A stretch of 63,080 nt of DNA from Bacteroidota bacterium (GTDB lineage: Bacteria; Bacteroidota; Bacteroidia; Palsa-965): assembly GCA_021299855.1 (NCBI GenBank), contig JAJTEY010000005.1, positions 1-63,080 on the forward strand, given 5' to 3'. The notes beneath the pieces are model-generated. The model had not been told where the DNA came from and did not search any database. It worked only from the letters and a program-made list of their open reading frames with translations. This document shows, piece by piece, positions 30,229-39,952 of the stretch (within the stretch, counting starts at the first letter, position 1; every line of letters begins with the position of its first letter). The translations under genes were made by a program, and so were the position numbers.

Positions 30229-30882
30229 ATGCGCAAGTCAATGGTGATCGCTTTTCTACTATGCATGGCCGTTTTAGGGGCTGATGTTGCCTTTGCGCAA
30301 ACAAGTCCCAAAGCAGACATCAGTCGAAAAATCATTCAATTCTCGGGGTTATTGCTGGATGCTGACAGCCTTTATCCTATTCCGTATGCAGCTGTGGTTA
30401 TTCGAAATACAACACGCGGAGAATACAGCAGCGCAACGGGGTTCTACTCGCTCGTCGTTCAGGAAAAAGACACGGTTGATTTTTATGCATTAGGTTACAA
30501 ACGCGGATCTTTTGTTGTTCCGGATACGTTCACAACTTCTACATTTAATCATGTTCAAGCGCTTCAGTTAGATACAATTTTACTTCGTGAAATGGTCGTT
30601 TATCCGTGGCCTTCTCGTGAAAAATTCAAAACAGAATTCTTAAGCATGGAAGTGCCTTCCGACGATCTGGACCGAGCAAGAAAGAATTTAGCACGAGCAG
30701 AAATGATTCAGGCTATACAGCAAGTTTCAATGGATGGCGGAATGGCGTATCGCGCTAAAATGGATCAGCAGGTGCAACGTAATTATTATGCAGGACAATA
30801 TGTCCCCAATAATTTGATGAATCCACTGGCGTGGTCGAAGTTTATTCAAGCCGTTCAAAACGGTGAATTCCGCAACAGATAA
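30229..30882 (+). CDS. Carboxypeptidase regulatory-like domain protein, secreted
   Basis: Signal peptide; QFSG...PIPYA.V, GFYSL, DT..F.ALGYK, L.EMVVYPWPS.E.FK..FL. Confidence 0.75.
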   Translation: MRKSMVIAFLLCMAVLGADVAFAQTSPKADISRKIIQFSGLLLDADSLYPIPYAAVVIRNTTRGEYSSATGFYSLVVQEKDTVDFYALGYKRGSFVVPDTFTTSTFNHVQALQLDTILLREMVVYPWPSREKFKTEFLSMEVPSDDLDRARKNLARAEMIQAIQQVSMDGGMAYRAKMDQQVQRNYYAGQYVPNNLMNPLAWSKFIQAVQNGEFRNR

Positions 30883-30901
30883 CAGTTAAAGAAATTCCGA
30901 A

Positions 30902-33400
30902 GTGCGCAATATTTCAGCGGGTGCTATTGTATTTTTTATTTTGTTGGCGCAACTGTGTTTCGGGCAAAGTGGTTTCGTTACCGGTACTGTTACCGATTCA
31001 TTAGGAAAACCCTTAGAAGGGGCGCTAGTGGCGTACAGCGGAAGCACATCAGCGGTGTATACAGGCCCAAAAGGAGAATTCACGTTGTCTATTCCTTCCG
31101 GCACCAGCGTCATTATTATTGTTCGTGCTACCGGGTATGAAGAATATCGAAGAAAGGTTTTAGTTCCTAACGGAGAGACGACTCAGATTCGTGTGAGTAT
31201 GACTTCCCGCACATTCATTGGTGCAGAAAAAGTGATTACTGCAGAAGGAACAAAACCATCACCCGGTGTTACGATGAACCCAAGAATATTTGACCGCTTA
31301 CCTTCTCCAACGGGTGATATTTCCGCGTATTTGCGGTTTGCAGGTGCTACTTCCAACAATGAGATGAGTACGCAGTATTCTGTTCGTGGCGGGAACTTCG
31401 ACGAGAACCTGGTTTATGTTAACGACATCGAAGTGTATCGTCCCTTGCTAACCAGAGCCGGCCAGCAGGAAGGATTAAGTTTCGTGAACACGGACATGAC
31501 GGAGAATATATTTTTCTCCGCCGGTGGATTCGAAGCGCGATACGGGGATAAGATGGCATCCGTACTTGACATTCGTTACAAGCAACCACAACGGTTTGCC
31601 GGAACATTCACCGCCAGTTTATTGGGGGTAAACCTAACATTAGAAGGCACCAGCGAAGACTTACGATTTACCTGGTTATTCGGTGCGCGTCAAAAATCGA
31701 ATCGCTATTTGTTGAATTCCTTAGACACACGTGGCGATTACTTCGCCAATTTCACGGATGCGCAAACATTACTTACGTTCCACTTTAACGAACACTGGAA
31801 CATTGAATACCTCGGTAATTATGCAGTCAATCGTTATACACTGGAACCGGCTACTCGTGAAACCGATTTTGGTACGCTGAATAATGCATTGCGCTTTACG
31901 GTGTATTTCGACGGTAAAATGAATAATCGCTTTCAGACTTTTTTTAACGCTGTTGCGCTCAATCATTCCGATCATAAACACTGGCGCAATAAGTTCATCG
32001 TCTCATCTTTCAACACCTACGAAACAGAATCCTTCGATATTCAAGGGCAATATTTTATTGATCAATTGGAAGCAGATTTCGGCAAACCAACATTTGGTCA
32101 GGTAGCGTTTAATCGTGGCGTTGGAACGTTTTTGGGACATACCCGAAATTACCTTGACGCCTGGGTAAATAATGCGGAATACAAATCGTGGTATACCAAT
32201 GACGTTCACCAGGTTGCTTTTGGTATTCGTTATCAGCACGAATATATCCGCGACCAGTTAAGTGAATGGAATTATGTGGATTCGGCAGGATATTCTATTC
32301 CTTATAATCCTACTACCAGTATCGATTTGCAAGATGTGGTGAAAGGACGCATGAGTAAAATGTCCAATCGCTTAATGGGCTACATTCAATACCGTTATGC
32401 GGATACGTTGCGGGATAGTTCATTATTTATGGTTACGGTGGGTTCGCGAATTCATTACTGGGATATGAACGGACAAACGATTGTAAGTCCGCGTGTGCAA
32501 TTTTCCTGGACGCCCAACTGGAAGGCCGACGTAACATTTAAAGCGGCGGGGGGTTGGTACAGTCAACCTGCGTTTTACCGAGAATTACGCGACTATGCAG
32601 GGCGTTTAAACACCAACATTCGTGCGCAAAAAGCCATTCATGCTTTGGTTGGTTCTGATCTGAATTTCAAACTATGGAATCGTCCGTTCCGTTTTATTTC
32701 CGAAGTGTATTATAAGTACTTTGATGATTTGATTCCGTATGAAGTGAATGATGTTCGTATTCGTTACTACGGAGATAATATGGCGTACGGTTATGCGTAC
32801 GGACTCGATTTGAAAATGAACGGAGAATTTGTGAAAGGCACAGAAAGTTGGGTAAATCTGACATTGATGCGCACGCAGGAAAATTTGTACAACGACGCCT
32901 ATTACATTTACCTGAATTCTGACGGCGACACCATCGTTTCCGGATTTACGTTCAATAATACACCGGTAGATAGTATTCGTCAGGAACCCGGATTTATTCC
33001 GCGTCCAACCGATCAGTTAATGACTTTTGCACTGTATTTCCAGGATTATTTGCCTATGGCTCCGTCATTCAAAATGAATCTGGGCTTAATTCTTGGCACC
33101 GGTTTACCGTTCGGACCACCTACTCACGAACGTTGGAAACAAGTATTCCGGATGCCACCTTATCGTCGCGTAGATATCGGTTTTTCGTATGAGATTATCA
33201 GCCCGACAAAACCTTTACCGCAAAGCAGTCCGTTCAAAGTATTTAAAGCATTGTGGCTTGGAGCTGAAGTGTACAATCTTTTACAAGTGCAGAATACAAT
33301 TTCCTATTTCTGGGTAAAAGATGTGACGGGACGATCGTACGGCGTTCCCAATTATCTCACAAACCGACAGTTGAGCGTTCGATTAATTGCCAATTTCTAA
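30902..33400 (+). CDS. TonB-dependent-receptor-like outer membrane barrel with N-terminal CarboxypepD-reg domain and plug (probably PorF/PG0534-like)
   Basis: Signal peptide; plug YSVRGGNFDENLVYVNDIEVYRP; SAGGFEARYGDKMASVLDI; YRRVDIGF; EVYNLL; terminal Phe (LIANF). Confidence 0.85.
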   Translation: MRNISAGAIVFFILLAQLCFGQSGFVTGTVTDSLGKPLEGALVAYSGSTSAVYTGPKGEFTLSIPSGTSVIIIVRATGYEEYRRKVLVPNGETTQIRVSMTSRTFIGAEKVITAEGTKPSPGVTMNPRIFDRLPSPTGDISAYLRFAGATSNNEMSTQYSVRGGNFDENLVYVNDIEVYRPLLTRAGQQEGLSFVNTDMTENIFFSAGGFEARYGDKMASVLDIRYKQPQRFAGTFTASLLGVNLTLEGTSEDLRFTWLFGARQKSNRYLLNSLDTRGDYFANFTDAQTLLTFHFNEHWNIEYLGNYAVNRYTLEPATRETDFGTLNNALRFTVYFDGKMNNRFQTFFNAVALNHSDHKHWRNKFIVSSFNTYETESFDIQGQYFIDQLEADFGKPTFGQVAFNRGVGTFLGHTRNYLDAWVNNAEYKSWYTNDVHQVAFGIRYQHEYIRDQLSEWNYVDSAGYSIPYNPTTSIDLQDVVKGRMSKMSNRLMGYIQYRYADTLRDSSLFMVTVGSRIHYWDMNGQTIVSPRVQFSWTPNWKADVTFKAAGGWYSQPAFYRELRDYAGRLNTNIRAQKAIHALVGSDLNFKLWNRPFRFISEVYYKYFDDLIPYEVNDVRIRYYGDNMAYGYAYGLDLKMNGEFVKGTESWVNLTLMRTQENLYNDAYYIYLNSDGDTIVSGFTFNNTPVDSIRQEPGFIPRPTDQLMTFALYFQDYLPMAPSFKMNLGLILGTGLPFGPPTHERWKQVFRMPPYRRVDIGFSYEIISPTKPLPQSSPFKVFKALWLGAEVYNLLQVQNTISYFWVKDVTGRSYGVPNYLTNRQLSVRLIANF

Positions 33401-33503
33401 AGTGTTTTTCCGCCAATTATTGCGGGAATTATACCTCTTATCAAGCGGTAACATCTGCAAGGATAAAAAACAGTAAATTCGTTCCTTGTTATTCCAATTT
33501 GAA

Positions 33504-34541
33504 ATGAGACTATTCGTCATACTATTATCCGGATTACTGTTGTGGAATTCCTGCAGCACAGAAGTTGACTTGCTTGATGATTATCGCGAAACAACAATTG
33601 TGTATTGTTTGCTGGATCAAACGTTACCTAAACAATACGTGCGCATTCAGAAGGCATTTTTAGGTCCTGATAATGCTTTGGTAATGGCACAAGAGTTTGA
33701 TTCTATCAATTACATCAACCAGTTGGATGTAAAAATTGAAGCATTCAACAGTGCCGGCGCGTTAGTAAACACGTTTGTTTTACAACCCGACACGTTTACG
33801 AATAAAGAACCCGGAACATTTGCTGCTCCGAATCAGGTTATTTATAGTTTCGATTCTCCTTCCGGAACTTTGAACACCACGCATACTTACAAATTAACAG
33901 TTACAAATACGCAAACCGGTAATGTGGTAACTGCAGAAACTAATCTGGTGGAAGCATTTAATGTAACTTCTCCTTCTGCTACCGCAACGGTGGTGAATAT
34001 GTCTCCGTCAACAGTAGCTCCGAGTTTTGATGTAAAATGGAGTGCTGCACCTTCTGCTCGATTATATCAAGCCGGATTAAGAGTTTCCTATTGGGAATAT
34101 CGTGTTAACGGCGACACTGTTTTAAATTACACGCCGGAATGGGCCCTAGGAACCACTGAAACGAACAATACCTCTGCTAATTCTCCTCAAGGTATTAAGT
34201 TCGATAAACTCAGCTTCTATCGTTTCCTGGGTCAAAATATTCCGGTTGACAACAATGTTATCTCACGCAAATTCAGAAGTGTTGATTTTTACGTGTATGC
34301 AGGTGATGATGTGCTGAAAACATACATCGAACTGAATGGCCCGAATACTTCATTAGCTCAGGATCGTCCAATGTACACCAATATCAACAATGGTCTTGGA
34401 ATATTTTCATCACGCACCGTGGCAAGCCGCCTGAATCTCGGTTTGGTAAACAACTCAATCGATGATTATCTGGCTGTTGGAGAATTCACTTGCCAGCTCT
34501 TATTCCAAAAAACCGACGGTACAACACCGGGTTGTCAATAA
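33504..34541 (+). CDS. DUF4249-like lipoprotein partner of the TonB-type receptor
   Basis: Lipobox LLWNSC followed by acidic STEVDLLDD; IVYCLLD, YTNINNGLGIFSS. Start could be the TTG at 33486. Confidence 0.72.
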   Translation: MRLFVILLSGLLLWNSCSTEVDLLDDYRETTIVYCLLDQTLPKQYVRIQKAFLGPDNALVMAQEFDSINYINQLDVKIEAFNSAGALVNTFVLQPDTFTNKEPGTFAAPNQVIYSFDSPSGTLNTTHTYKLTVTNTQTGNVVTAETNLVEAFNVTSPSATATVVNMSPSTVAPSFDVKWSAAPSARLYQAGLRVSYWEYRVNGDTVLNYTPEWALGTTETNNTSANSPQGIKFDKLSFYRFLGQNIPVDNNVISRKFRSVDFYVYAGDDVLKTYIELNGPNTSLAQDRPMYTNINNGLGIFSSRTVASRLNLGLVNNSIDDYLAVGEFTCQLLFQKTDGTTPGCQ

Positions 34542-34612
34542 GCACAGAACTTCGTAGTACAAGCAAACGACATGGCTTCCATGTCGTCAGGAAAATAGCG
34601 GCATTTTGGGGG

Positions 34613-34627
34613 TGGCACATGAGTTGA
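34613..34627 (+). promoter_or_regulatory. Candidate sigma54 (-24/-12) promoter of dnaK
   Basis: TGGCAC-atgag-TTGA against consensus TGGCAC-N5-TTGC, about 50 nt upstream of the ATG. Confidence 0.6.
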
Positions 34628-34676
34628 TCTAAAGAGATTGTTATTAAAAACTGAATCACATTTATATCATTTAATT

Positions 34677-36569
34677 ATGGGAAAGATAATTGGTATCGAC
34701 CTGGGCACAACGAACTCCTGTGTAGCAGTAATGGAAGGCAATGAGCCGGTAGTTATTCCGAACAGCGAAGGACGTCGCACTACCCCGTCGATCGTAGCAT
34801 TTGTTGAAAACGGAGAGCGTAAGGTCGGAGATCCTGCAAAGCGTCAGGCGATTACCAACCCGCGAAAAACGATTTTCTCTATCAAGCGTTTTATGGGTCA
34901 TTTATTCGACGAAGTAACCATGGAAACCGGGCGTGTACCGTATTCCGTTGTGAAAGGCGATAACAACACACCTCGTGTTGCAATTGATGACCGCAAATAC
35001 ACACCACAGGAAATTTCAGCGATTATTCTTCAGAAAATGAAGAAGACTGCAGAAGATTACCTGGGAACTGAGGTGACAGAAGCCGTAATCACTGTACCTG
35101 CATACTTTAACGATGCGCAGCGTCAGGCAACCAAAGAAGCCGGTGAAATTGCGGGATTGAAGGTGCGTCGTATCATCAACGAACCGACAGCAGCTGCATT
35201 GGCATATGGACTGGATAAGAAAAGCCAGGACATGAAAATTGTGGTGTTCGACTGCGGTGGTGGTACGCATGACGTTTCTGTTCTTGAATTGGGCGATGGC
35301 GTATTCGAAGTAAAATCAACTGATGGTGATACACACTTAGGTGGTGATGACTTCGACCAGAAAATTATTGATTGGTTGGTGCAAGAGTTTAAAGACGAGA
35401 ATGGAGGACTTGATTTATCTAAAGATCCGATGGCGCTTCAACGTTTGAAAGAAGCGGCAGAAAAAGCGAAGATCGAGTTATCCAGCACCAACTCCACTGA
35501 AATTAATTTGCCGTACATCATGCCGGTAGATGGAATTCCGAAGCACTTGGTACGTTCATTAACTCGCGCGAAGTTTGAGCAGTTGGTAGACGATTTAGTA
35601 CGTCGTACGATTGAGCCATGCCGTTCTGCTTTGAAGAATGCGGGTTACAGCGTGAATGATATTGACGAAGTAATTTTGGTGGGTGGTTCAACACGTATCC
35701 CTGCCGTACAAGCTGCAGTGCAGAATTTCTTTGGTAAAGCGCCATCAAAAGGTGTAAATCCTGATGAAGTGGTTGCAGTAGGTGCAGCGATTCAGGGTGG
35801 TGTGTTAACCGGAGAAGTAAAAGATGTATTGTTACTCGACGTTACACCTCTTTCATTAGGTATCGAAACCTATGGAGGCGTATTGACCAAATTGATTGAA
35901 GCCAATACAACAATTCCAACTAAAAAATCGGAAACATTCTCTACCGCATCAGACAATCAGCCTTCTGTTGAGATTCACATTCTTCAGGGCGAGCGTCCAA
36001 TGGCGAAAGATAATCGTACTATCGGTCGTTTCATCTTAGATGGTATTCCTGCTGCACCGCGCGGTGTTCCTCAAATTGAAGTGTCTTTTGATATTGATGC
36101 GAACGGCATTTTGAACGTATCTGCAAAAGATAAAAACACCGGAAAATCTCAGAACATTCGCATCGAAGCCAGCAGTGGTTTGTCGAAAGATGAGATTGAT
36201 CGCATGAAAAAAGAAGCAGAAGTTAACGCAGAAGCGGATAAGAAAGCGAAAGAAGAAATTGAGAAGTTGAATCAGGCTGATGCATTGGTGTTCCAGACCG
36301 AGAAGCAGTTGAGTGAGCACGGCGATAAGTTACCTGCTGATAAGAAAGCTGCGATTGAAGAAGTTGTGAAGGAATTGAAAGAAGCACATGCTTCCAAGAA
36401 TATTCCTGCGGTTGAATCGGGTCTTGCGAAGTTGCAGACTGTTGTGCAGGGCATGTACGAGGCTATGCAGCAACAAGGCGGCGGCAATGCAGGCGGTGGC
36501 GAGCAACCGAAAAGCGGAGACAGCGAAGTAACCGATGTGGATTTTGAAGAAGTGAAGGACGCGAAATAA
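34677..36569 (+). CDS. dnaK: Chaperone DnaK (Hsp70)
   Basis: [55 protein letters not shown], acidic C-terminus DVDFEEVK. Confidence 0.99.
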   Translation: MGKIIGIDLGTTNSCVAVMEGNEPVVIPNSEGRRTTPSIVAFVENGERKVGDPAKRQAITNPRKTIFSIKRFMGHLFDEVTMETGRVPYSVVKGDNNTPRVAIDDRKYTPQEISAIILQKMKKTAEDYLGTEVTEAVITVPAYFNDAQRQATKEAGEIAGLKVRRIINEPTAAALAYGLDKKSQDMKIVVFDCGGGTHDVSVLELGDGVFEVKSTDGDTHLGGDDFDQKIIDWLVQEFKDENGGLDLSKDPMALQRLKEAAEKAKIELSSTNSTEINLPYIMPVDGIPKHLVRSLTRAKFEQLVDDLVRRTIEPCRSALKNAGYSVNDIDEVILVGGSTRIPAVQAAVQNFFGKAPSKGVNPDEVVAVGAAIQGGVLTGEVKDVLLLDVTPLSLGIETYGGVLTKLIEANTTIPTKKSETFSTASDNQPSVEIHILQGERPMAKDNRTIGRFILDGIPAAPRGVPQIEVSFDIDANGILNVSAKDKNTGKSQNIRIEASSGLSKDEIDRMKKEAEVNAEADKKAKEEIEKLNQADALVFQTEKQLSEHGDKLPADKKAAIEEVVKELKEAHASKNIPAVESGLAKLQTVVQGMYEAMQQQGGGNAGGGEQPKSGDSEVTDVDFEEVKDAK

Positions 36570-36592
36570 ACGCGTTGTTAATAAGATTGCAT

Positions 36593-36628
36593 AAAGAACG
36601 GGATGGTTGAACTGTCCCGTTTTTTTTT
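36593..36628 (+). terminator. Intrinsic terminator of dnaK
   Basis: aacgggatggt-tga-actgtcccgtt hairpin (two G-U pairs) followed by a T-run. Confidence 0.85.
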
Positions 36629-36716
36629 GGAGTGAAGCGAGGTGAGACTCCTTATGGCGTAGTTAATGTTCACAGATTTCCATAATTCCACACATTGGAA
36701 ATCCATAAATAATATA

Positions 36717-38627
36717 TTAGTTCCCCACCACTACTCTATTGCTACCCAATACTTGACCATTAGCGTCCAGCACACGAACTATGTATAAGCCCCGATTCCA
36801 GTTGCTCACATCAATTTTGTGTTGCGTCGTTTGTGTTTGAGTGTTATAAACCATTCTTCCAGTAACGTCAAACACTTCTATAGTTTTGGCGTTACCAACA
36901 GGTAGTCCGCTGATGGTAAGTTCTGTTGCAGTAGGATTCGGATACCATTGCATTTGATCTGCATCACTCACTTCATCGTTTCCGGTAACATCGTACGTTC
37001 CTCCAAATACAGGACGCATCATCAGTGCACCATCAAAAATAGAAGTGTACCAAACACCTGAGGTGTTGTAATAAATCTTATCCGACTGATCGTTATTAAA
37101 ATCAAAACCGATGTATAAGCGATCTACCGCTAACTGTTGCCAACCAATATAAAATGTTCCGGACAACACAACAGTACCACTGTCAATCGTATATTCCACA
37201 AAACGATTCGGCGCATCATAACGATATTCCGGTGTGTATTTGTATTGCGTGTACAGCACTGTTCCCGGCTGATTCGCTGCAGAATTGTGAGCCCACACCG
37301 TTAATCGGAATTCACGCAAATCAATATTCGGTTGATCTATTACAGGCAAGAAATACATCATCACCGACTTCAACGTATCTGTAACATTTGGCGGCAAAGT
37401 GAACTTATACGCCATTAATGCTTGCGAGCCGTAAATACCATAACCCACTTCCGCTGTGCCGTCATCGTACGCGTAATAATTGTACAAATGCTGCTTGTAA
37501 ATCACAGTATCTACAGGCGCGCTGGCAGAAGTTCCCTTCTTGAGCATGTGATGTACATAATACGTTCCTGTGTCTTCCGGATTACTGAATCCCGGATAAC
37601 TGAACGGCGTAACGTTGGGATTTGCATGGGGAGCGTAAGGTGAATATCCTGAAGTATAAAACGGCTGCAAATTACCGTCAGCTCCTCCATTGTATGTGAA
37701 CAAAGGTGTAGCTGAAGTTGGTTCATACACTTCGTAGGTATAAGTCACGTTACGCGGAATATCATCGTTGTTGCGGATAAAAATATCCATATCACTAGCC
37801 ATCATGGAAGGCACATAATGACGCCCCGGAACCACATGAAAGTCTTTTAATAAAGACGGCATGTCGTAAACAAAATGTGGTTCTCCTTGCAACGTATCTG
37901 CAAAGGACCGTGTTTGTTTTAAAAACACTTCATCAATATGCCAGTGATCATTACTACCGCAAACTGATGCATAATTGCGAAAACGAAAACGAAATCCGTT
38001 CTGAAAATAAGAAGCACTGTCCAGTTTCAGCATTACCAGATGAAATCCGGTGTCGTTACCTTGAGGTGTATAACCTTCCATAAACCAAATGGTTTTCCAA
38101 ACTTCAGTTGAAAAGGAATTCCATGATGGAACATTATATTGTAATATCAATGAATCTGTTGGATTAGGCGCGTAACCCTTTCCGCCTGCCTGATACCAAA
38201 AACTCAAATACACGGAATCACCAATACTTAACGACTGCAAATTGATATGTCGTGATGTTAATTCATCCGCCGGAGAGCTCGTATTCGAGGGCGCTAAAGC
38301 GTTGTAAGGCATGCCCGTAAAATCGAGGCCATCGAATGTACACACACCAATATTCACGGGAGAAAGCGGCCATCCGCGATTGACATAAATTCCCGGATTC
38401 AAAGTCAGATTCCACCACGTTGTATCAGGACGATGATCGTCGTAAGAAAAATCATCACGAAATCCGGTTGAGGGCAAGTTAATGGTATCTCCCGAAAAAC
38501 TTCTGGAACGATTCGCAGCGGCATCAACCGTTTGAGCAGCGTTGTGCGTAACCGGAGCAGTATGTTCGGGCTGAGCGAAATAACTAATAGAACTAAAAAC
38601 TGCACATGCAGTGAATAAATGCTTCAT
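36717..38627 (-). CDS. Secreted protein with T9SS type A C-terminal sorting domain
   Basis: Signal peptide; F.DDFS, TFDGLD..G.PY, WHID.V, NYYAYDDGTAE, GALMMRPVFG; CTD WYPNPT...FDVTGR...GLYIV. Confidence 0.85.
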   Translation of the reverse strand: MKHLFTACAVFSSISYFAQPEHTAPVTHNAAQTVDAAANRSRSFSGDTINLPSTGFRDDFSYDDHRPDTTWWNLTLNPGIYVNRGWPLSPVNIGVCTFDGLDFTGMPYNALAPSNTSSPADELTSRHINLQSLSIGDSVYLSFWYQAGGKGYAPNPTDSLILQYNVPSWNSFSTEVWKTIWFMEGYTPQGNDTGFHLVMLKLDSASYFQNGFRFRFRNYASVCGSNDHWHIDEVFLKQTRSFADTLQGEPHFVYDMPSLLKDFHVVPGRHYVPSMMASDMDIFIRNNDDIPRNVTYTYEVYEPTSATPLFTYNGGADGNLQPFYTSGYSPYAPHANPNVTPFSYPGFSNPEDTGTYYVHHMLKKGTSASAPVDTVIYKQHLYNYYAYDDGTAEVGYGIYGSQALMAYKFTLPPNVTDTLKSVMMYFLPVIDQPNIDLREFRLTVWAHNSAANQPGTVLYTQYKYTPEYRYDAPNRFVEYTIDSGTVVLSGTFYIGWQQLAVDRLYIGFDFNNDQSDKIYYNTSGVWYTSIFDGALMMRPVFGGTYDVTGNDEVSDADQMQWYPNPTATELTISGLPVGNAKTIEVFDVTGRMVYNTQTQTTQHKIDVSNWNRGLYIVRVLDANGQVLGSNRVVVGN

Positions 38628-38629
38628 TA

Positions 38630-39418
38630 TTAATCCTCTGTTTTCAATTTCGATTTATCCGAAGTCACGAAAATATCGATGGTCGTTCCTTTGATGATTT
38701 TTTTATCCTTGCCCGGCACAGGATTTTGGTTGTACACAAATGCATTCAACGAATCCTTTACATCAGGATCTTGAATTAATAACCAATCCAATCCCATATC
38801 CAACAGTTTTCCACGAGCCTGTCGGAAAGTTAAACCATTTAAATTAGGAATAGGCATTCCCGAAATTCCGCCTTCACCATCAACACCAACCATCAACAAA
38901 ACGGTTTCACCTTTCATAATCGGAGTACCGGGCTCGATGCGTTTGCCTTTGTAACGTTGTTCGATAATCGCACCATGATGCGGATCTTCTACTTCTTTGA
39001 ATTCCGCTTTCAATCCGTAACTCTCGCAAACGGCTTTTGCCTGGCGTTGCGATAAATCTTCCAACTTGGGCATCGCAATAGAAGGCGGTGTGATCGCAGT
39101 AACATACAAATACACAGTTCGATTTTCTTTCACATGTGCTTTCGGTTCAGGGTCCTGACGAAATACAACTCCCTTTTGTTTCTGCGGATCCCAGATGGAA
39201 TCGATGATTTCGTATTTCACAGGTTTATCATCAACGAAACGATCCAGTTGAGAAATTTTCAAATCGATAAAATCAGGTACTTCTATAAAATCTCCGTGAT
39301 TGGTAAACGAACTCATCCAGGCAAATGTGGCCCAAATTAGTAAGGGCAATAAAACCAACGCAATAGCTGCATTTATCAGAAATCGTTTACCGGTAAGAAA
39401 CTGAAACAAATTTTTCAT
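38630..39418 (-). CDS. PASTA domain-containing membrane protein
   Basis: TM helix then three PASTA-like repeats (VPDF...QDP; MPKL...Q; IPNLNG...QNP). Confidence 0.88.
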   Translation of the reverse strand: MKNLFQFLTGKRFLINAAIALVLLPLLIWATFAWMSSFTNHGDFIEVPDFIDLKISQLDRFVDDKPVKYEIIDSIWDPQKQKGVVFRQDPEPKAHVKENRTVYLYVTAITPPSIAMPKLEDLSQRQAKAVCESYGLKAEFKEVEDPHHGAIIEQRYKGKRIEPGTPIMKGETVLLMVGVDGEGGISGMPIPNLNGLTFRQARGKLLDMGLDWLLIQDPDVKDSLNAFVYNQNPVPGKDKKIIKGTTIDIFVTSDKSKLKTED

Positions 39419-39424
39419 TTAACG

Positions 39425-39952
39425 TTATGCCGGTTGTTGTTGTAATTTTTTTCGTGCGAATGAAAAATTCAAAATCGCATCAATAAATTCGTACGGTTTG
39501 TATTCATTAATCGCCGCCTGATGGAAAATACATGTGGCAGGTGTCATTCCCGGAAGCGAATTCACTTCAACAAAAATAACCTCAATTCGATCAGGAGAAT
39601 AAATTCGCACAAATGCATCGATACGGGTATAACCCTGAATGTTTAACAGACGCGCAGCAGCACCCAAAGTTGCCTTCACCTGATCCGAAATTTGTTGTCG
39701 CTCATGAGGATTAACTGCATATCGAGCAGGAGTAATATTTTGTCCCTGACCCGCTAAAAATTTCTCTTCCAGCGATAATACTTCTCCTTCCGACAAGGCT
39801 TCCGAGGCTTCAAATACTTCATATTCCAATTGTCCTTGCGGTCCGTAATGTGTGACCATTCCACCGGTTATTTCCAGAAAATGCTTCGCATCACGTTTAC
39901 TGATCAACTCTTCAACTAGAACAACAGGTTTATTCGGAAACTCTTCTTTGGT
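39425..39952 (-). CDS. ddl: C-terminal part of the two-module D-alanine--D-alanine ligase (after the frameshift)
   Basis: Alternative frame reads TKEEFPNKPVVLVEELIS...LSLEEKF...YTRIDAF...EVNSLPGMTP, which completes the second ATP-grasp module. Confidence 0.8.
   Translation of the reverse strand, partial: TKEEFPNKPVVLVEELISKRDAKHFLEITGGMVTHYGPQGQLEYEVFEASEALSEGEVLSLEEKFLAGQGQNITPARYAVNPHERQQISDQVKATLGAAARLLNIQGYTRIDAFVRIYSPDRIEVIFVEVNSLPGMTPATCIFHQAAINEYKPYEFIDAILNFSFARKKLQQQPA

Noticed and set aside
35240-35285. DnaK DCGGGTHD instead of DLGGGTFD
   Set aside because: A variant I recognise from other Bacteroidota DnaK proteins; not novel.
36675-36703. gatttcca-N13-tggaaatc inverted repeat
   Set aside because: Weak AT-rich stem with a long loop; at most an accessory terminator.
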